Both the position numbers and the translations under genes were made by a program. Shown in pieces: positions 18,998 through 30,360 of a stretch of 64,000 nt of DNA (the stretch's first letter is position 1; each line of letters starts with the position of its first letter). The DNA is from an uncultured Mollicutes bacterium. GTDB taxonomy: Bacteria > Bacillota_I > Bacilli_A > RFN20 > CAG-826. Under the pieces are notes generated by a model. That model had not been told where the DNA came from. It saw only the letters and a program-made list of their open reading frames with translations, and did no database searches. Location of the stretch: contig UQXJ01000003.1 in assembly GCA_900545015.1 (NCBI GenBank), positions 15,800 to 79,799 of the forward strand. The letters run 5' to 3'.

Positions 18998-21900
18998 ATG
19001 AAGAAAAATAAAATTGGATTATGTGCATTAGCTCTTGGTTCACTCGGATTTATTGCTTGCCTTTCTAATGGCGAAACAGGTGCTAATAATTCTAACTTAA
19101 TTAAAAAAGATACAACTTTCTTAGTTTCTTTAAAAGGAACTGAAAATAGTTTAGGAAAAGAAAAAGCAAAAGAAGTTAGAGATAATTTTATTAATGAATT
19201 AAGAAATGAAATTGGATTTAATTTTAAAGTTACAAATACATTTGAAGCTATTAATGCTTTAGAAATCAAAACAAATAAAGAATTTGAACCAGTATTAAAT
19301 AGCTTAAGTAATGTTTCAAAAGTCTCAATTAACCAAACATATAGATTTGGTGATACATATAGCGGTGAAAGAAATGCTGATGAAATTGCTGAAGGATTTG
19401 TACCTTTAACAAATACATCAACTGGTGGAAAATCTACTAAAGAAGATGATAAACAAGACGCTATTAAGAACAAAGACAACAACCAATCAAAAGAATCAAT
19501 GTTTGTTCCTGAAACAAACAATAAAGGTGCTGGATCATTTGTTGCTATCTTAGACTCAGGATTCTTTATGGATCACAGTGCCTTCACAAATTTAAGTGGA
19601 GAAGGCGCTGCTAAAGCTAAATTTAGATATAGCGATTTAGATAAAGCTAGTGGCGAATTAAAAGCTATTAGAAGCAAAAAACTTGAAAGCGTAACTGATA
19701 GTTATGTCGGAAATCTTGCTGATGGTAGTTTATATTATGATTTAAAGATTCCTTTCTATTTTGACTATGGCGGAAGTAGCGAAAATAGTTCAAATGACTT
19801 TGATGTTTATTCACCTTGGAGTGAACACGGAACTCACGTTGCTTCAATTGCAGGAGCAAATGGTTTATATAATGGTATTGCTCCAGATGCACAACTTGCA
19901 TTAATGAAAGTCTTCTATGAATCAATTCCTACAGATGATACAAGTGCTGGTGGAGTTTATGCTAAAGATGCTGATATTCTTGAAGCATTAAATGACTGTG
20001 TTGTTTTAGGCGTTGATGCATTAAATATGTCACTTGGTAGTGACCTTGATGACTTCTCAAATAAATCAACATCTATTGATATTATTTCAAAGCTTGAAGA
20101 TGATGGATGTTCATGTAACATTTCAGCTGGTAATGCTGGTAAAGCATTATTCAAATCAATGGCTACATATAAAGATTGGGCAACTGATCAAGTTGATACA
20201 GGTATTTTAGGAAGTTATGCTAACTCAACAAAAGCAAATATTATTGCAAGTAGCACAAACCCAACTCAATATTATGAATCAGCTTTAAAAATTAAAGATA
20301 AAGATGGCAAAGAATCAATCATCGGTTATAGCGATCAAGTCGATTATAGTAATGGTAGTGATGGTATCACTGAAGAAAAAGAAAGATTACTTTCAATGAT
20401 TGGTGATAACGTTGAAATTGTTACAGCTGGTGCTGCTGATAGTAATGGAAATTACTATGGAACTGATGCAGATTATACTAAAGTAACAGCTGCTAACCCT
20501 GATTATTACAAAGGCAAAGTTGCTATTTGTGATAGAGGTTCAACATCATTCGTTGATAAAGCAAAAGCTGCTGAAGATGCAGGATGTGCTGGATTAATCG
20601 TTGTAAACAACGACCCAACAGCTATTGAATTTACATTCGGTATGAGCTGGTCTAGCGGCAATGGAAACTATGATATTCCAAATATTCCAGTTGTCTTCGT
20701 ATTATTTAGAGATAGGGATACACTTTTAAATTCATTAACTAAAGGTGTTGATAAAAACGGAAAAGAAATCACAATTGATAGTAATACAGATAAATCATCC
20801 TTATTATGTATGAGTGGTCCAACAAGCTTAATTTCTAAAACTGAAGCTGAAAACCCAGATAAAGATCAATTAAGTGACTTCTCAAGTGATGGTGCAACTT
20901 CAACATTAGGTCTTGCTCCAACAATTGCTACTCCAGGTAGTTCAATTAGAGGCGCAACACTTGGAAAAGCTAATTCACAAGGTAAAGTTGACGAAAAGAA
21001 TGAATATTCTTATGAATATTTAAATGGTACATCAATGGCTGCTCCTAACTATACAGGTATTGTTGCTTTATTAGTTGGAGAAAAAGAATTTGCTAATGAC
21101 ACTGAAAGAAAAGAATACTTAAAGAGTATTACAATGAGAACAATGTCAACAGCTACTCAATATGAATATACTTCTACAAGTTATGGAAGAATTAAAACAA
21201 GTAAAGCTATGACTACTGGAGAAAATCCAAAAGAAGTTACAATTTATACTCCTGTTGCTGAAGACGTTAAAGATGAATTAAGTGCTTATTCACCACGTAA
21301 ACAAGGTGCTGGTGTTGTAAATGCATCAAAAGCAATTAATTCAAAAACATATCTTGAAGGATTAACAGTTAATAATGATGGTTCATTTACTAACGTCGGA
21401 AATAATTTCGCTAAAGTTGAACTTAAAAATAACGAATTGATTAAAAACGGTAAAATTAGTATCGGATTTAGAGTTCATAATGAAGATACAAGTGCAAAAA
21501 CTTATAAAGTAAGTATCTCAGTAATGGCTCCACAAATTAGTGGATATCATAATCACGATAACGAATTAGCAAACTATGTCACGAGTGATGCAAAATATGA
21601 GGGTGCTAAAGTACAAACTCCTTATGATAAAGCACTTGTAAAAGATGCTGAACTTGGAACAATTACAGTTAATGCTAGTGAAGTAAAAGACTTCACAAAC
21701 TTAAATACTTATTCAATTAGTGATGAAGTCAAAGCTTACCTTGAAAACTTTGAAAACGGAACATACCTTGAAGGTTATGTAAAACTTACACCAGTTGGTG
21801 TTACTCCAACTGATTCAAACCCAGTCTTAACAATGCCATATATGGGATTCTATAAAGACTATGGTGCAGCTGATGCAACAGAACCATTTGCTTTCGAAAA

Positions 21901-23338
21901 AGAAGAATCTTATTCATTAAATGGTGAAACTGGAGTTGGAACTGGTAAAGTTTACGGAAGTGATCTTGTTGATTATATTGGAAATAGATCTTATGCTCTT
22001 GACTTCATTAAACAAGGTTCAAATATTGCATTTGATAGTTTCGATAACTTCCAAAGCAATGATAGAAGAACAAGTGTCTTAAAGAATGTTAATAACTTAG
22101 ATAACTTCGCAAACAAACCAACAATTAAAAAGGAAAAAGACGGAACAGTCACAATTTATGCTGGTGGTGCTTCAACTGATGTACTTTATGTTCAAGAATT
22201 CATCTATAGATCAATTAATAGTGAAAAAGTTGAAATTAAAGATTTAGCAGGAAATGTTATTAGAAGTATTTATGTTACTGATAATATGGGTGGCTCAACA
22301 AATCTTTATAAATCACATATCTCAGCTGGATATATTTCAAGCAAAATTCTTAACCACAGAGGTTATGCTGAACTTCCACTTTACACTAATAGTGGATCAA
22401 GAATTCCAAATGGAACTTATAAATTAAAATTCACATATAACTTACTTTATGGTTCAACTCAAGTTAAAGAATATAACCTTGTAATTGATAATGTTGGTCC
22501 AAATCTAGTTTATAAAGCATTATTTGATAATAATGGTGTAAAAACATTAAGACTCAAATTCAGTGAAATTTATATTCCAGAAACAACAAAAGTTAGTGTT
22601 AATAGTGGTCTTGGAAACTTCACATTAACTAAAGTAAGTGATGGATATGTAGTTGATATTCCACTTGATGATAAAGCGTTTGATAATGGTAAATTATTTA
22701 TCAAAGTTCAAGATGCTTCATACACATATGGTTCATTTATGTTTAATGAAAATGAAATTGAAAAAGGATTAATGATTTCAAGTGATTCATTAACACCTGG
22801 TTCAACATATTCTTATACTGTTAATAGCATTAAAACAGCAAACGAAAACATTGCTGATGAATATGAAATTAACGCAACAGACTATACTGGTAAAAAACTT
22901 GACTTAAAAGAATACACAACTGTTATTACTTATGATAAGAAAATTAATAATGGTGTTAAGGTATATGGAATTAATGATAAAGGTGCAAGAGTATTAATTA
23001 AGGATGTAACTTTATTAGACTCAACAACTATTAAAATCGTTACAACATTTACTAAATTCCAAATTATTGATAACGGAACAGTAAACCAAGGTTTCAATAC
23101 TGAAGATAACGCAAGTGTTAAACTTCCTACTGAAGTAGCTGGTGGCAAAGTTTATGTCGATAAAGCTAGTGGAAGAAGTGGAGATACTGCAACAATCTAT
23201 GCTGTTGCTAATGCTGGATATAAAGTTGAAAGCGTTAAAGTAAACGGCGTAGAAATCGTGGCTGATGAAAACGGAAACTATGCATTTATTCTTCAAGCTG
23301 GAGAAAATGCTGTTGAAGTAACATTCATCAAAGCTTAA
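18998..23338 (+). CDS. lipid-anchored S8 subtilisin-family serine protease with PA domain (lactocepin/C5a-peptidase-like architecture), 1446 aa
   Basis: Lipobox FIAC. Catalytic Asp AILDSGF, His EHGTHVASIAG, oxyanion LNMSLGS, Ser LNGTSMAAPNYTG. PA insert KGKVAICDRGSTSFVDKAKAAEDAGCAGLIVVNN. C-terminal B-repeat-like module. Confidence 0.95.
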   Translation: MKKNKIGLCALALGSLGFIACLSNGETGANNSNLIKKDTTFLVSLKGTENSLGKEKAKEVRDNFINELRNEIGFNFKVTNTFEAINALEIKTNKEFEPVLNSLSNVSKVSINQTYRFGDTYSGERNADEIAEGFVPLTNTSTGGKSTKEDDKQDAIKNKDNNQSKESMFVPETNNKGAGSFVAILDSGFFMDHSAFTNLSGEGAAKAKFRYSDLDKASGELKAIRSKKLESVTDSYVGNLADGSLYYDLKIPFYFDYGGSSENSSNDFDVYSPWSEHGTHVASIAGANGLYNGIAPDAQLALMKVFYESIPTDDTSAGGVYAKDADILEALNDCVVLGVDALNMSLGSDLDDFSNKSTSIDIISKLEDDGCSCNISAGNAGKALFKSMATYKDWATDQVDTGILGSYANSTKANIIASSTNPTQYYESALKIKDKDGKESIIGYSDQVDYSNGSDGITEEKERLLSMIGDNVEIVTAGAADSNGNYYGTDADYTKVTAANPDYYKGKVAICDRGSTSFVDKAKAAEDAGCAGLIVVNNDPTAIEFTFGMSWSSGNGNYDIPNIPVVFVLFRDRDTLLNSLTKGVDKNGKEITIDSNTDKSSLLCMSGPTSLISKTEAENPDKDQLSDFSSDGATSTLGLAPTIATPGSSIRGATLGKANSQGKVDEKNEYSYEYLNGTSMAAPNYTGIVALLVGEKEFANDTERKEYLKSITMRTMSTATQYEYTSTSYGRIKTSKAMTTGENPKEVTIYTPVAEDVKDELSAYSPRKQGAGVVNASKAINSKTYLEGLTVNNDGSFTNVGNNFAKVELKNNELIKNGKISIGFRVHNEDTSAKTYKVSISVMAPQISGYHNHDNELANYVTSDAKYEGAKVQTPYDKALVKDAELGTITVNASEVKDFTNLNTYSISDEVKAYLENFENGTYLEGYVKLTPVGVTPTDSNPVLTMPYMGFYKDYGAADATEPFAFEKEESYSLNGETGVGTGKVYGSDLVDYIGNRSYALDFIKQGSNIAFDSFDNFQSNDRRTSVLKNVNNLDNFANKPTIKKEKDGTVTIYAGGASTDVLYVQEFIYRSINSEKVEIKDLAGNVIRSIYVTDNMGGSTNLYKSHISAGYISSKILNHRGYAELPLYTNSGSRIPNGTYKLKFTYNLLYGSTQVKEYNLVIDNVGPNLVYKALFDNNGVKTLRLKFSEIYIPETTKVSVNSGLGNFTLTKVSDGYVVDIPLDDKAFDNGKLFIKVQDASYTYGSFMFNENEIEKGLMISSDSLTPGSTYSYTVNSIKTANENIADEYEINATDYTGKKLDLKEYTTVITYDKKINNGVKVYGINDKGARVLIKDVTLLDSTTIKIVTTFTKFQIIDNGTVNQGFNTEDNASVKLPTEVAGGKVYVDKASGRSGDTATIYAVANAGYKVESVKVNGVEIVADENGNYAFILQAGENAVEVTFIKA

Positions 23339-23353
23339 AAATTTATATTAAGA

Positions 23354-23376
23354 GGGGCTAGCTTTTAACTAGCCCC
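23354..23376 (+). terminator. hairpin GGGGCTAG/CTAGCCCC
   Basis: Perfect 8-bp GC-rich stem 16 nt after the protease stop. There is no T-run. Confidence 0.45.
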
Positions 23377-23390
23377 TAAGTTGCTTAAAA

Positions 23391-23831
23391 ATGAATAAAG
23401 AAGACAAGAAAAAGAAGACAAGTAATTTTGATTTTAAAAGTTTTTATGAAATTTATATCACTAGATTCCTTTTAATCTTTGCTATAAGTTCTATATTTTT
23501 TATTGTTTATTTTGAAATGAAAGAAGAAACAATAATTGCTGCTCTTGATGGATTATTTTATGCATTTGTAATTTCGTTTGTTACTGGTGCATTTTCTTGG
23601 ATAACAAACTTAGGATTTTTCGATATTTTTGCTTATAACGCAATAAGATTAAAAGAATATTGGTTCAAAAATATCGAAAAAAGTCATTTTTATGGAACTT
23701 ATGATTATACAAAAAGCAAGAAGGATAAAAGGGAAGCACAAAAGTTTATTCCTTTATCATATATTGCTTCTAGTTTTATATTTTTAATTGGTACAATTGT
23801 TGTGTATATAATTTATAAAAGTTGTATTTGA
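23391..23831 (+). CDS. small multi-TM protein, DUF3899-like (146 aa)
   Basis: K-rich N-terminus, 3-4 TM helices, central GFFDIFAYNAIRL motif. Paralog of 34323-34739. Confidence 0.6.
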   Translation: MNKEDKKKKTSNFDFKSFYEIYITRFLLIFAISSIFFIVYFEMKEETIIAALDGLFYAFVISFVTGAFSWITNLGFFDIFAYNAIRLKEYWFKNIEKSHFYGTYDYTKSKKDKREAQKFIPLSYIASSFIFLIGTIVVYIIYKSCI

Positions 23832-23909
23832 CAAAAATTATTTAGCATTTATTATTTTAAATGGTTTACAAGAAAAGAATATTTAGAATCTAAGAAAGGG
23901 AGAATAAAT

Positions 23910-26903
23910 ATGAAGAAAAGAAAGTTTATATATGCCGTCAGTGCATTATTATTACTTGGTGCTCCACTCGCTCTAGCTAGCTGTGGTGGAAATACACCAA
24001 CTCCACAACCTACTCCAAATCCAAATCCAGGACCAAGCGAAGGCAAAGTTAAAGATTTTAGTGTAAGTCTAAGTAGTGAAAAAGCTATTTATACAGGTGA
24101 ACAAGTCACAATCGTTGCAACATCTTTAACAGAAGGCGTTACTGGTGAATTTATTTTTGATGTAACTAGCGGATCAGAATTTATTTCTGTTAACGATAAT
24201 GGTGTCGTTACTGGTTTAGCTAAAGGTAAAGGTGTTGTTACAGTAAAATGCAGAAATGGTGCTGATGATTTAAAAGACAAAACAGTTGAAATTGAATGTT
24301 TAGGTCAACCTGAAAATGCTGTAGGACCATATAACTATGTTGCTTCATCATATGAAGAAAAACTTCAAATTTTAGGAAAACTTGAAAAATATGCAGTTGA
24401 TAAACACTTAACTGGTATTACATTATTCCAAAATGGTGGTTATGTTGCTTATAGCAGTAGAGTTAAACTTCCAACAGCAAAATATATTACAGGCTATGGC
24501 CTTGGTGTTTTAAGTGAAGGTTCAATCACAACTCCATTAACTGCTGACCAAGAAAGCAATAGCTCATGGCAAATGTATTACCATGGTTATGGCGGAGCTT
24601 CAAATAAACAAAAATTCAACTATCTCGATGATACAGGTAGTGAATCAGCAGATCTTTATGGATATGTTTCATCTGGTTATTATTCAACAAAGATGAATTC
24701 AACTAAAGATGGCTATGAATGGTATCCTGTTTTAGCAAAAGCTAACCCAGTTACTGGTGATTTTAGACCACAAGCTTTAAATAAAAATGAAGCAACAGGA
24801 CTTGCAACTAAATATAAAGTTTATTTAAGAACTGGAAAAGATGGTTTAAAATACAACACATTAGGCAAATATAAAGATAAATATGCTGGTAGAGGTGTAG
24901 AACTTGAAGACTATGTAACTCCATATAGACTTTTACTTAATCAAAAAGTTGGTTTAGCTAGAAGTGCTGATATGATTAGCGATTCAAGCAATTCAACATT
25001 AAAAGGTGCTAAAGCATATTATTCACAAACTAAAGACAACTCAAATATCGAAGAAACAAAAGATGTTTTTGATAAATTAGTTGGTATTAAAACTAACGAA
25101 GAAGAAGGAAGCATTACATTTACATTTAATACTCCTGTCAACCAATTCTCAGCGATGAGAAATCTTTCAGGATCACTCTATTCACCAATTCCTGCTGAAT
25201 TTATTAAAGAAATTGGTAAAGGTTCAAAAGGTTGGACTGAAAAAGATGCTTATTATTATGGTATGAAGAGAACTTATGGTACTGTTAATTCAGACAATGG
25301 TTCAAAACCTGTTGATAACTTACTTTCAGTTGCTCCATATGTTCTTGAAACAAGTGATAATACTTATAACGTCTATAAAAGAAACCCATTATGGTATGAA
25401 TTCTCAAGTAGTGATGAATCAATCAAAAATAGATATTCAATTGAAGGTATTAAATTAGTATATATTCAAGGTGCTGCAAGTGATAAGAATGCTGCTTTTA
25501 AAGCTTACCAAAAAGGTGGTATTGATGCTTGTGCGATTCCAAAGGATTATATTGCTGAATATCAAAATAAAGAAGGAACAACAAAAACTGAAGGTGATTC
25601 AACTTTCAAACTTAATTTAAATACGTGTACACAAGAAGAATGGGAAGCAATCTTTGGTACTAAAGGAACAAATCCAAATGGTGGACAAACATGGAAGTGC
25701 AAACCATTAATGTCAAATGATAACTTCATCAATGCTTTGTCATTCTCAATTGATAGAGAAACATTCGCTTCAACTCGTGGAAATATTGCATCACAATCAT
25801 ATTTTGCTCCTGCTTATTTATGGGACCCAGAAAACGGTAAATCATATGATGAAACTGCAGAACATAAAGCAGCAATTGCTAATTATTCACCAGAAACAAC
25901 TGGATATAATGAAGAATTAGCTGTTCAATTATTTGATAAAGCAATCACAGAAGAAGTTAATGCTGGTAAATATCAAAAGAATGGTAGTGAAACAATCTAT
26001 ATGAAATGGATGAACACTACAGATAAAGATGATTTCGGTAACGAAATTGTTCAATATTTTAATAAAGCATTCGAAAAAACAAATGCATTTAAGAATGGTT
26101 TTAAGTTAACATTCGAACAAGATAAAGGTAACACAGACTATCAACAAGTTTATAACAAGATGAAAGCTGGTACATTCGATATTGGATTTGGTTCTATTAG
26201 TGGTATGCAAACTGATCCTCTTGGCTTCTTAGAAGTTATGAAGAGCAATAACTCAACTGGATTCACACTTAACTATGGATGTGATACATCAGTCGTTGAT
26301 GAAAGTGATAACAATTATATCTTATTTGATGGTAAAAAATGGAGTTTTGACTCACTTTGGACTGCAGCAAATAAAGGTGCTATTGTTGGAGGCGCTTCAA
26401 CAAAAGGTAAAGTTATTGAAAAGCCAGTCACATTAAAACAAAGTGGTAGCGGAAGTGCCAATGCAGAAGTTGATGGCGTTAAATATAGAAAACTTGCTAT
26501 TCAATTAGTTAAAGATACTGAAGCTGCAGCTACTGAAACTAAATTTAAAGTCGTTGCTTCTAAAGAAAAAGAAAGCGATGATTATATTACTGTAAATATT
26601 AACTATAACGAAGGTACAACACCTAAAGTTGCAGTTTATAACATTGCATATGGTTCAAACTTTATTCTATACGGAAAAGGTGTTGATAAGTCAACTGGTG
26701 AAATTACTGGTGACTATGGCACTGTTTATATCTTAATTCCAGAAACTATTAATAGTGCTACAACTGATGGACAAATTAATGAAACAATCTTATATAAGAA
26801 TATTAAGTCAATGAGCGTTTACGTCAGCTACTATATGGAAATTAATAATGTTCCAACATCTACAACATTAGATTTGACATTAAACGATAATACAATTAAA
26901 TAG
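23910..26903 (+). CDS. oppA: oligopeptide ABC substrate-binding lipoprotein (family 5 SBP) with N-terminal Big_2 domain and C-terminal extension, 997 aa
   Basis: RBS AAGGGAG. Lipobox LASC followed by a Pro/Thr linker. Big_2 (ISVNDNGVVTGLAKGKGVVTVKC). SBP_bac_5-like core. First gene of an oppBCDF cluster. Confidence 0.85.
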   Translation: MKKRKFIYAVSALLLLGAPLALASCGGNTPTPQPTPNPNPGPSEGKVKDFSVSLSSEKAIYTGEQVTIVATSLTEGVTGEFIFDVTSGSEFISVNDNGVVTGLAKGKGVVTVKCRNGADDLKDKTVEIECLGQPENAVGPYNYVASSYEEKLQILGKLEKYAVDKHLTGITLFQNGGYVAYSSRVKLPTAKYITGYGLGVLSEGSITTPLTADQESNSSWQMYYHGYGGASNKQKFNYLDDTGSESADLYGYVSSGYYSTKMNSTKDGYEWYPVLAKANPVTGDFRPQALNKNEATGLATKYKVYLRTGKDGLKYNTLGKYKDKYAGRGVELEDYVTPYRLLLNQKVGLARSADMISDSSNSTLKGAKAYYSQTKDNSNIEETKDVFDKLVGIKTNEEEGSITFTFNTPVNQFSAMRNLSGSLYSPIPAEFIKEIGKGSKGWTEKDAYYYGMKRTYGTVNSDNGSKPVDNLLSVAPYVLETSDNTYNVYKRNPLWYEFSSSDESIKNRYSIEGIKLVYIQGAASDKNAAFKAYQKGGIDACAIPKDYIAEYQNKEGTTKTEGDSTFKLNLNTCTQEEWEAIFGTKGTNPNGGQTWKCKPLMSNDNFINALSFSIDRETFASTRGNIASQSYFAPAYLWDPENGKSYDETAEHKAAIANYSPETTGYNEELAVQLFDKAITEEVNAGKYQKNGSETIYMKWMNTTDKDDFGNEIVQYFNKAFEKTNAFKNGFKLTFEQDKGNTDYQQVYNKMKAGTFDIGFGSISGMQTDPLGFLEVMKSNNSTGFTLNYGCDTSVVDESDNNYILFDGKKWSFDSLWTAANKGAIVGGASTKGKVIEKPVTLKQSGSGSANAEVDGVKYRKLAIQLVKDTEAAATETKFKVVASKEKESDDYITVNINYNEGTTPKVAVYNIAYGSNFILYGKGVDKSTGEITGDYGTVYILIPETINSATTDGQINETILYKNIKSMSVYVSYYMEINNVPTSTTLDLTLNDNTIK

Positions 26904-26932
26904 TTTTAAAAAATATACGAATTTACACAAAT

Positions 26933-26957
26933 AAGTGGTGCTTTTGCACCACTTTTC
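26933..26957 (+). terminator. post-oppA hairpin AAGTGGTGC-tttt-GCACCACTT + TT
   Basis: Perfect 9-bp stem between oppA and oppB. Probably a partial terminator. Confidence 0.6.
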
Positions 26958-27046
26958 ATTTATAATAAATTAGGTTTTTAGCGCAATTTTTTGTTGTCAA
27001 AAAGTTGGCTAATGCTAAAATATTCATTACGTTTAAGGAGAAAAGT

Positions 27047-28102
27047 ATGTGGAAATATGTACTTAAAAGAATCGCTTTAGCGTTTGCTACAGCTTTTATC
27101 ATTCTAAGTTTGACATTCATCTTAATGAAACTTTTACCTTTTTCTGAACCAGCTGGTATGGCGGTAGATAAATTTAGATATTATCAAGACCAAGTTGCTC
27201 AAGGATTTGTTATTAGTTTTTCAGAAGAACAATCTAATTTAGGAAAATACTTATGGACAACAAGTGGAACATCATTATTTAATGATGGAACTACATATTA
27301 TTACTATGTCCGCCCAGTATTTGAACAATATGGAAACTGGCTTAAAAATGTCTTTACAGAATGGGATTGGGGTGTTTCAACATACATTTTACCTAATGCA
27401 AGTGCTATGTCTATTATTGGAAATAGACTTCCTACAACAATTGGCGTAAATATTATTTCTGTTATTATTTCAGTTCCTCTTGGAATTTTATTAGGAATTT
27501 GGGCTGCTTTAAAGAAAAATAAACCTACAGATCACATTATTTCAACTGTAATTATGATTTTTATTAGCGTTCCATCGTTTATTATCATTTCTTTATTAAT
27601 GAAATGGCTCGCTTATGATACAGGTTTATTACCATGGCAGTGGCCAGATGCAACAAGTAGTGCTGGAACAAAAGCATTGGGATACATTATTCCTGTTACA
27701 GCTCTTTGCTTTGGATCTATTTGTGGATACTGTAGATTTACTCGTGCTGAACTTTGTGAAGTTATGAGCAGCGATTATCTTTTACTTGCTAGAACAAAAG
27801 GTTTAACAAAAAGACAATGTATCGTTCGTCATGCTTTAAGAAATGCAATGGTTCCTATTGTTCCATCTATTCTTGCTGAATTTATTGGTATTTTAAGTGG
27901 TTCAATGATTCTTGAAAACTTATACAATATTCCAGGAATTGGTAGCTTATTCGTTACTGCACTTAATTCAAAAGATTACAATGTTTTAATGGTTGATATG
28001 GCAATCTTTACTCTTGTTAGTTTAGTTGCTGGTGTCATTCTTGATATTTCATACGGCTTTATCGATCCACGTATTAGAATGGGAGCAAAGAACAATGGAT
28101 AA
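27047..28102 (+). CDS. oppB: oligopeptide ABC permease OppB
   Basis: ATG 27047 follows AAGGAG. N-terminus MWKYVLKRI, plus the family-typical ..YLLLARTKGL..R....HALRN.. and C-terminal DPRIRMG. Confidence 0.92.
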   Translation: MWKYVLKRIALAFATAFIILSLTFILMKLLPFSEPAGMAVDKFRYYQDQVAQGFVISFSEEQSNLGKYLWTTSGTSLFNDGTTYYYYVRPVFEQYGNWLKNVFTEWDWGVSTYILPNASAMSIIGNRLPTTIGVNIISVIISVPLGILLGIWAALKKNKPTDHIISTVIMIFISVPSFIIISLLMKWLAYDTGLLPWQWPDATSSAGTKALGYIIPVTALCFGSICGYCRFTRAELCEVMSSDYLLLARTKGLTKRQCIVRHALRNAMVPIVPSILAEFIGILSGSMILENLYNIPGIGSLFVTALNSKDYNVLMVDMAIFTLVSLVAGVILDISYGFIDPRIRMGAKNNG

Positions 28103-30359
28103 TAAAAAAGAATATGTTTATAGAGATAGTTCCCAAGTAGAACACAGCATTGAGATCTCCTCAAATGATTTTAATTTAGCTCAAAAAAGTGAAGGAATTC
28201 ACGATCAAAAATTTAAAACAAAGCCTACAACATTCTTAAAGGACGCTTTTAGAAGATTTAGAAAGAATAAAAGTAGTGTTGCTGGAGCAATTATTTTAGG
28301 TTCTTTATTACTTTTAAGTATTGTTTTGCCTTTAGCAATTCCTTATAACGTCGACGCTTCTAATCCACATCCTGAAGAAACATTATTAGCACCTAAATTG
28401 TTTAATACTGGTACAGGGTTTTGGGATGGAACCGAAAAGAAGACAAATATTCCAGTTGATCCAAGTAGAAAAGTAACATTTGAAGGTGTTGATTATTATT
28501 ATCCTTTTGAATCATCATACCCAAGTAGAGCAGTTAGTAATTTAACTCCTGCTAGAGGTGGCTATGTAAATATTTTTACTCAAAGTGCTACAGGTGGTTT
28601 CTTATCACTTGTTAATGATAAAATAGTTGAATCAAATGAAACTGAAAAGCTTGAAGAAAATGCTGCAATCTTTGGCTCACCATCATTTAATTATGCACTT
28701 AGACTAAATACATACGATTTAAGTTTTGCTGTTGCTAATGATGATTTTTCAAATGAATTACAACAAGGAAGTTCTAATGCTGATGGAAAAGGCTACTCAA
28801 AAGCTAAATTTAAAGTTTATTTTACATATAGTGTACCTTCAGTTAGCACAACAGAAACATTTGAATATGTTTTAAAAGATTATGAAGATGAAAATTTAAC
28901 TAACGCTACAACTGCTGAAGTTGAAGACAAATATGGTGAACAAGTTTTAAGCACAAATAGTATTACAACTTATAACTTTGAAAATGTATTTGAAGGTCTT
29001 AAAACAAAAGAAATTACTTATAAACACGAAGTAGAAGGTGTTGAAAAAGAGGAAACTTTTAAACCTTTTGAAAAGGGTATAAATGATCTTAATTTAAAAG
29101 TTAGTATTCTTCCAAATTCGAATAATTACACTTATTTAATGCTTAAAAATGTAACATTAACTTCTAGTGATAAAACTGAAAATAATAAACTTACTAAAAT
29201 TAGCTTTGCTGATGGTGTTAGTGATCTTAAAAAAGATTCTAGCCAAAAAGATTATTATTGGACATTTACAGGAAGAAGAGAATTATTCCATGGTATTGGC
29301 TTAGTTGCTGATTTTACATTTGATACATATGCAGTTCCTTATGGAATTCAAATTAAAAATGTTGGTTCAACATTAATTGAAACTTACATTAAAAACGGCT
29401 GGTTATCATTAACTAATAATCCAGAAATTACATCAGCTTCAACTGATGAAGATATTAAAAATGCAGTCGCAAAGACTTTAGATAAAGGTTATAAATTAAC
29501 TAGACAAAAAGAAATTAATGCTTTATTTAAAGTTGAAGAAAAATGTCCTATCTATCCTTATGCTGAAGGAAATGAACAAAGTGGTATTACTAAAATTAGT
29601 AGAAGTTCACACGATGATATTACAGTTTATAATTTAAGTTGTTATGTCTATGGATATAAATTCTTAGGCTATGATTCAATGCCATCATATTTTGTTGGCA
29701 CTGATGCTCAAGGATTTGATTTACTTAAATCTACATTCGTTGGTTTAAGAAATTCATTAATGCTTGGTCTTTTAACTTTCGCAATTTGCTTCTCATTCGG
29801 TCTTGTTTGGGGTGCTGTTAGTGGATACTTTGGTGGCGCAACAGATATTATCATGCAAAGATTTACTGATATTTTAAGTGGTGTTCCATGGATTGTTATC
29901 ATGACACTTTGTATTTTAAATATGGGAAGTGGATTTGGAACATTCATTCTTGCTATGTGTTTAACTGGCTGGATTGGTACAGCAAGTTTAACTCGTACAC
30001 AATTCTATAGATTTAGAGATAGAGAATATACTCTTGCTAGTAGAACACTTGGCGCAAGCGATTTCAGATTAATCTTTAAACATATTTTGCCTAACGCAAT
30101 GGGTACAATTATTACATCATCAGTTTTAATGATTCCTAGTGTTATTTTCTCAGAAGCAACAATTTCCTATTTAGGTCTTGGCTTCCAAAGTATGAAATCA
30201 TTAGGTGTTATCCTTTCTAAAAACCAAGGTTTCTTATCAACTTATCCATATTTAATCTTATTCCCTTCGATTATTATGGCTTTAATTATGATTAGTTTTA
30301 ACTTATTTGGTAACGGATTGAGAGATGCATTCAATCCATCATTAAAGGGGAGTGAATAA
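28095..30359 (+). CDS. oppC: oligopeptide ABC permease OppC with about 440-aa extracytoplasmic insert
   Basis: ATG 28095 overlaps the oppB stop. TM1 at aa about 65-85, a long non-TM segment, then the canonical core (GTDAQGFDLL...ASRTLGAS...LRDAFNP). Confidence 0.9.
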   Translation: MDNKKEYVYRDSSQVEHSIEISSNDFNLAQKSEGIHDQKFKTKPTTFLKDAFRRFRKNKSSVAGAIILGSLLLLSIVLPLAIPYNVDASNPHPEETLLAPKLFNTGTGFWDGTEKKTNIPVDPSRKVTFEGVDYYYPFESSYPSRAVSNLTPARGGYVNIFTQSATGGFLSLVNDKIVESNETEKLEENAAIFGSPSFNYALRLNTYDLSFAVANDDFSNELQQGSSNADGKGYSKAKFKVYFTYSVPSVSTTETFEYVLKDYEDENLTNATTAEVEDKYGEQVLSTNSITTYNFENVFEGLKTKEITYKHEVEGVEKEETFKPFEKGINDLNLKVSILPNSNNYTYLMLKNVTLTSSDKTENNKLTKISFADGVSDLKKDSSQKDYYWTFTGRRELFHGIGLVADFTFDTYAVPYGIQIKNVGSTLIETYIKNGWLSLTNNPEITSASTDEDIKNAVAKTLDKGYKLTRQKEINALFKVEEKCPIYPYAEGNEQSGITKISRSSHDDITVYNLSCYVYGYKFLGYDSMPSYFVGTDAQGFDLLKSTFVGLRNSLMLGLLTFAICFSFGLVWGAVSGYFGGATDIIMQRFTDILSGVPWIVIMTLCILNMGSGFGTFILAMCLTGWIGTASLTRTQFYRFRDREYTLASRTLGASDFRLIFKHILPNAMGTIITSSVLMIPSVIFSEATISYLGLGFQSMKSLGVILSKNQGFLSTYPYLILFPSIIMALIMISFNLFGNGLRDAFNPSLKGSE

Positions 30360-30360
30360 T

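Noticed and set aside
18991-19521. 176-aa minus-strand ORF overlapping the 5' end of the S8 protease gene.
   Set aside because: It is antisense to a gene with an unambiguous signal peptide and catalytic Asp region. It has no SD and no recognisable motif, so it is a shadow ORF.
23829-23909. The TGA stop of the first DUF3899-like gene is in frame with the oppA1 ATG 78 nt downstream. This could mean readthrough, a code-4 fusion or a recoding event.
   Set aside because: TGA clearly functions as a stop elsewhere; for example 34737-34739 is followed two codons later by TAG. Trp is encoded by TGG throughout. OppA1 has its own SD and signal peptide. The shared frame is most likely coincidence.
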